Shown here one piece after another: positions 59,766 to 64,000 of a stretch of 64,000 bases of DNA. The notes under the pieces are model-generated. The model saw nothing but the letters and a program-made list of their open reading frames with translations. It had not been told where the DNA came from and ran no database searches. The translations under genes were made by a program, and so were the position numbers. Position 1 is the first letter of the stretch. Every line of letters begins with the position of its first letter. Source of the stretch: Candidatus Bathyarchaeota archaeon (lineage in GTDB: Archaea > Thermoproteota > Bathyarchaeia > Bathyarchaeales > Bathycorpusculaceae). Location: assembly GCA_963815095.1 (NCBI GenBank), contig CAWFFH010000003.1, positions 1,024,001 through 1,088,000 on the forward strand, given 5' to 3'.

Positions 59766-61064
59766 ATGGTAGATGTATCAATTAAGAAAACTGAAAAGTT
59801 GACCGGTCAAGTTTGTGCGCCATCCTCTAAGTCTTATACACAAAGAATGGTAATCGCCTCTGCCCTCTCTAATGGTACATCAAGAATTTCTAATCCCTTA
59901 TTGTCTGAGGACACAGAAGCCACGTTACGTGCTATCACAGCTTTGGGCGCAAAAACAACGGTCGCGGAAAACTGCTGGATAATCGAAGGCGCTAAAACAC
60001 TGAAGGGCTCAAAAGATCCAATTGACTGCGGCGAATCGGGAGCTACACTTCGTTTCATGATTCCCATAGCTGCATTGGCAACTAATTCTTCCACTTTACT
60101 ATTTAGAGGCTCCATCGAAAAACGACCCGTAGAACCCTTACTTAAAAGCCTCAAAGAACTCGGCGCTAACGCATATGTTGGAAAAATCGACGGGAAAGAT
60201 GCAGTTTTTGTGGAAGGCAGCGGCATAGTTGGAGGCGAAACATCAATTTCAGGAGATATTAGTTCCCAGTTCATTTCTGGTTTAATGTTTGCTTGCCCAA
60301 AGGCTGAGGTGGACACGGAAATTATGCTAACTTCCCCTTTGGAGTCAGCAGACTATGTTAAGATGACTCAAGTGGTTCTGGCTGAACATAAAATTAAAGT
60401 GCCCGCACACGAAAATCACGTTCATATCCCCGCAAACCAAACCTACATACCCAAAGATGGTGGAGTCCCAGGCGATTTCTCTTCCGCTGCTTTTCTTCTC
60501 GCTGCCGCAGCAATAACCAACTCTAAAGTCCAACTAAACAACCTCAATTATGGCAGCATTCAGGGCGATAAAGCCATCATGGGCACCCTCAAGCACATGG
60601 GCGTTGAGGGAAAAGTCTGCAACGACAGTGTTGAAATTGGAGGCACTGGCAACTTACTCAAACCCGTTGAGGTCGATGCAAAAAATATTCCTGATCTTGT
60701 CCCAGCTATAGCTGTGCTGGCATCTTACGCAAAAGGTACCTCTCATATCTTTGGTGCTCACAGGCTTCGGCTTAAAGAATCTGATCGTCTTGAATCGCTT
60801 TACCTTGAATTAACGAAGATGGGAGCAAAAATTGCTATCAACAATGATGGTTTAATAATTGAGGGCGGTTCACCCTTACACGGTGCAGTTATAGATCCTC
60901 ATAATGACCATCGAATCGCCATGGCATGCGCAGTTGCCGCTTTAGGTGCAGAAGGCGAAACCATAATCCAAAATGCAGAGTGCGTCAGAAAGTCTTATCC
61001 ACAATTCTTCATTCATCTAAAACAGTTAGGAGTTGACTTAGTTGGCGGGAAATTCGATAGGTAA
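59766..61064 (+). CDS. aroA: EPSP synthase
   Basis: SKSYTQR, SSQF, LRLKESDR, DHRIAM. Confidence 0.96.
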   Translation: MVDVSIKKTEKLTGQVCAPSSKSYTQRMVIASALSNGTSRISNPLLSEDTEATLRAITALGAKTTVAENCWIIEGAKTLKGSKDPIDCGESGATLRFMIPIAALATNSSTLLFRGSIEKRPVEPLLKSLKELGANAYVGKIDGKDAVFVEGSGIVGGETSISGDISSQFISGLMFACPKAEVDTEIMLTSPLESADYVKMTQVVLAEHKIKVPAHENHVHIPANQTYIPKDGGVPGDFSSAAFLLAAAAITNSKVQLNNLNYGSIQGDKAIMGTLKHMGVEGKVCNDSVEIGGTGNLLKPVEVDAKNIPDLVPAIAVLASYAKGTSHIFGAHRLRLKESDRLESLYLELTKMGAKIAINNDGLIIEGGSPLHGAVIDPHNDHRIAMACAVAALGAEGETIIQNAECVRKSYPQFFIHLKQLGVDLVGGKFDR

Positions 61065-62145
61065 AGAATTCATTGTTACAACGTTTGGCGAGAGCCATGG
61101 CAAAGTTGTTGGCGTAGTTGTGGATGGTTGTCCAGCTGGCTTGCCACTTTCCGAAGCTGATTTTCAGGAGGAGCTTGACCGCAGGATTCCAGCAGAACCC
61201 AAAATTGTTTCTGAACGAGTCGAAAAGGACGTTGCCAGGATTCAAAGTGGGGTTTTTAATGGTTTCACAACTGGCGCTCCAATCGCGATGATGGTTGAAA
61301 ACAAAGAAACCAACTCAAGCGACTACGAAGCCATCAAAGACCTGCCAAGACCCGGACACTCCGATTACCCAGCCCGCATCAAATACGGCGGCTTTAACGA
61401 CTACCGAGGTGGTGGACGCTTCTCAGGCAGAGTCACAGTAGCACTAATCATGGCAGGCACTATAGCCAAAAAACTACTTGGCAGATATAACATCGACGTT
61501 TTAGCTTATACCCAATCGATAGGCGCAATAAAAACTGATAAAAAATTCAGCGCCACAGAAATCCGCAAAAACAAAGAAGCAGCCGCAACCAGGTGTCCAG
61601 ATTTAGAGTGTGCGGAGAAGATGGAGGAAGCCATAATCAACGCGCGAAAAGAAGGTGAGAGTCTTGGCGGAATTATCGAATGTATGGGGCTGAATATGCC
61701 TCCAGGAATTGGTGAGCCACTGTTTGACTCGTTGGACGCAGATTTGGCGAAAGCAATATTTTCGGTTCCCGCAGTGAAGGGCGTGGAATTTGGAGCTGGG
61801 TTTAAGGCAGCAGAGTTGACAGGTTCACAAAACAACGACTCTTTCCTATTAAAAGACGGCAAAGTTTTGACTTCCACCGAGAATGCAGGTGGAATACTAG
61901 GCGGCTTATCCAGCGGCATGACCATCGTGATGCGTGTGGCCATTAAACCGACGCCTTCGATATCAAAAGAACAGAAGACCGTTAACCTATCCTCGATGCA
62001 GAATGCTGCCATAAGCGTTAAAGGCAGACACGACCCCTGCGTAGTTCCAAAAGCCGTCCCAGCTATCGAAGCAGCAGTTGCCATAACCTTAGCTGACCAC
62101 ATGATACGCTCAGGTTACATACCTAAAGCCCTCAAGGAGCACTAA
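61042..62145 (+). CDS. aroC: Chorismate synthase
   Basis: FGESHG, PRPGHSD, GRHDPC. Confidence 0.96.
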   Translation: MAGNSIGKEFIVTTFGESHGKVVGVVVDGCPAGLPLSEADFQEELDRRIPAEPKIVSERVEKDVARIQSGVFNGFTTGAPIAMMVENKETNSSDYEAIKDLPRPGHSDYPARIKYGGFNDYRGGGRFSGRVTVALIMAGTIAKKLLGRYNIDVLAYTQSIGAIKTDKKFSATEIRKNKEAAATRCPDLECAEKMEEAIINARKEGESLGGIIECMGLNMPPGIGEPLFDSLDADLAKAIFSVPAVKGVEFGAGFKAAELTGSQNNDSFLLKDGKVLTSTENAGGILGGLSSGMTIVMRVAIKPTPSISKEQKTVNLSSMQNAAISVKGRHDPCVVPKAVPAIEAAVAITLADHMIRSGYIPKALKEH

Positions 62146-62147
62146 GC

Positions 62148-62408
62148 ATGGCTGAAATCCCACAGCTAAGAAAAAAAGTGGACGAAGTCGATGACCAAAT
62201 CTTAACAGCACTTTGCGAAAGAGTCAAAATTTGTAAGGCAATTGGCAACGCGAAGAAAAAGCAAGGTTTGCCAATTAAAGATACGTCGAGGGAGAATGAT
62301 GTTTACAAACGCATCAGTGAAAAAGGTACCCAATTAGGGCTTGATTCAGGTCAGGTTGAAGCGGTTTACCGCGAAATAGTTAATATGTGCAGTGCCGTTC
62401 AAGAATAA
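62148..62408 (+). CDS. Chorismate mutase (AroQ type)
   Basis: LRKKVDEVDDQIL..ER..IG..K...D.SRE. Confidence 0.9.
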   Translation: MAEIPQLRKKVDEVDDQILTALCERVKICKAIGNAKKKQGLPIKDTSRENDVYKRISEKGTQLGLDSGQVEAVYREIVNMCSAVQE

Positions 62409-63519
62409 AGCGCTCTTAACGGAGAGTCCAAACTGTATGCTCTACGAGATAAACGAGAAAGCCCTCAAATTGGAAAGTGAAGGAAAAAAGATAATTCGAT
62501 TAAACCTTGGCGACCCAGACATGGCTACGCCGCCTGAAATCGTGGAAGCAGCATACGCTTCTATGAAAGCTGGAAAAACCAAGTATTCCTCTTCATATGG
62601 CGAGTTGAAGCTACGACAGAAAATCGCTGAAGTTCATGGCGTTAAAGCAGAAAACGTGGTTATTACGCCTGGTTCAAAATGGGGCATATTCGCCACGATG
62701 TTTTTGATGCTCAAAAACGGCGGCAACGTAATAATTCCCACGCCATACTGGACAGCTTACGATTTAATAGCAAAAAGCTTCGGCGCAAAAACAAAATTGC
62801 TTCGAACAGAAATGGCAGACGGCTGGAAAATCGACCTCGACAAGCTAGAAGGGTTAATTGACAAAGAAACCAAAATGATTATTCTTAATAACCCAAACAA
62901 CCCAACCAGCAAAGTCATAGACAACAAAACCCTCGACGGCATTGTGGAGTTGGCAAACAAAAAAGGCGTCAACATACTCTCAGACGAAGTTTACGGCGCA
63001 ATCAGCTTTGTTAAAACCAAAAGTATTCTCGACTATGATGGCGAATGCAAACATGTTCTCTCAAACGGGTTCTCAAAAACCTTCACCATGACGGGTTGGC
63101 GCATCGGCTACTTAGTAGCAAACAAAATGCTCGTTGACAACATAACCAAACTCAACCAAATCACCATAAACAACGTACCTGTCTTTATCCAAGACGCAGC
63201 CCTCAAAGGCTTAGAACTGCACAAACAAATCGCCTCCTCAATCAAAGCCAAATACAAGACACGCGCGGACCTCGCCAGCACTAAACTCTCCACCGCAGGA
63301 CTAAAATTCACCAAACCCGACGCACCCTTCTACGTCTTCCCCAAACTTGATGGTTTAGACGGCGACAAATTCACGCTAAACCTGCTCGATAAAGGCGTTG
63401 CAGTGGCTCCCGGCTCATCGTTTGGAGACTATCGCGAACACTTCCGCATCTCCCTAACCGCACCAGACGACCAAATCGAACAAGGTCTGAATAAAATCTG
63501 CGAGGCCATTGCTAAATGA
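62392..63519 (+). CDS. PLP-dependent class I/II aminotransferase (aromatic/aspartate)
   Basis: NNPNNPT, DEVY, FSKTFTMTGWRIG. Confidence 0.92.
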   Translation: MPFKNKALLTESPNCMLYEINEKALKLESEGKKIIRLNLGDPDMATPPEIVEAAYASMKAGKTKYSSSYGELKLRQKIAEVHGVKAENVVITPGSKWGIFATMFLMLKNGGNVIIPTPYWTAYDLIAKSFGAKTKLLRTEMADGWKIDLDKLEGLIDKETKMIILNNPNNPTSKVIDNKTLDGIVELANKKGVNILSDEVYGAISFVKTKSILDYDGECKHVLSNGFSKTFTMTGWRIGYLVANKMLVDNITKLNQITINNVPVFIQDAALKGLELHKQIASSIKAKYKTRADLASTKLSTAGLKFTKPDAPFYVFPKLDGLDGDKFTLNLLDKGVAVAPGSSFGDYREHFRISLTAPDDQIEQGLNKICEAIAK

Positions 63520-64000
63520 GGATTGCCGTAATCGGCGCGGGAAAAATGGGCGTTTGGTTCGCCAAATTCTTTCTCGCTAAAGATTACGATGTTGTATTGG
63601 CTGATCGAAACAAACAGAAACTCGAGAATCTGAAAGATTTGCTTGTGGATTTAACGACCAACTTCCAAGAAGCCGCAACGGACGCTGACCAAATCTACCT
63701 TTGCGTATCCATAAACGCAATTGAGGAAGTCGTTAAAACAATCAGTCCAGTCCTGCATGAAGGTCAGGTCGTTATGGACATATGCTCAATCAAAGATGCC
63801 CCGGTCAAAACCATGCATCAATACATCAAGGGCGCAACTGTGTTGGGGACGCACCCTGTTTTTGGTCCAGGAAGCAACGGCGTTAAACACAAAGCCTATG
63901 TTTTTACGCCTACAAATTCCGAAGAGAATGAGTTAGCTGAGCATTACAAACAGTGGCTTGCGAAGGAAGGAGCAAACGTTTTCATTATGACTCCTAAAAA
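63516..64000 (+). CDS. tyrA: Prephenate dehydrogenase, partial (runs off the window)
   Basis: ATG 63516 MRIAVIGAGKMGVWFA; DICSIK and GTHPVFGP motifs. Confidence 0.9.
   Translation, partial: MRIAVIGAGKMGVWFAKFFLAKDYDVVLADRNKQKLENLKDLLVDLTTNFQEAATDADQIYLCVSINAIEEVVKTISPVLHEGQVVMDICSIKDAPVKTMHQYIKGATVLGTHPVFGPGSNGVKHKAYVFTPTNSEENELAEHYKQWLAKEGANVFIMTPK

Noticed and set aside
54570-62102. Long antisense ORFs (54570-55202, 57990-58709, 61506-62102)
   Set aside because: Shadows of well-supported genes on the opposite strand, with no motifs of their own

Overview
Archaeal chromosomal window, most likely Bathyarchaeia (inferred from the archaeal ADH/DHQ-synthase-II aromatic pathway, GHMP-type shikimate kinase, PEF-CTERM surface proteins and frequent TTG starts). 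Left to right it holds: a Rieske ferredoxin; a frameshifted Cas4/RecB-like nuclease-SF1 helicase; a group 3b [NiFe]-hydrogenase operon with a beta-gamma fusion, followed by a Pat-type acetyltransferase; thr, arg/car and sulfide-dependent homocysteine clusters; an accessory region (about 27.8-54 kb) with surface proteins, an IS110-family element, superoxide reductase, CcmF and a cbb3-type oxidase cluster; and an 11-gene aromatic amino acid operon that runs off the right end. Four observations stand out. (1) An unannotated 28-aa Tyr/Phe-rich leader peptide followed by a hairpin precedes the aromatic operon, a candidate for ribosome-mediated attenuation in an archaeon. (2) The IS110-family element carries a readable bridge RNA whose guides match its own insertion site and circle junction. 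(3) A TAGTCAAGAAA site with inverted arms recurs five times at the borders of accessory gene modules. (4) A C-family oxygen reductase is present in an otherwise anaerobic-type archaeon. No rRNA, tRNA or CRISPR array was seen.
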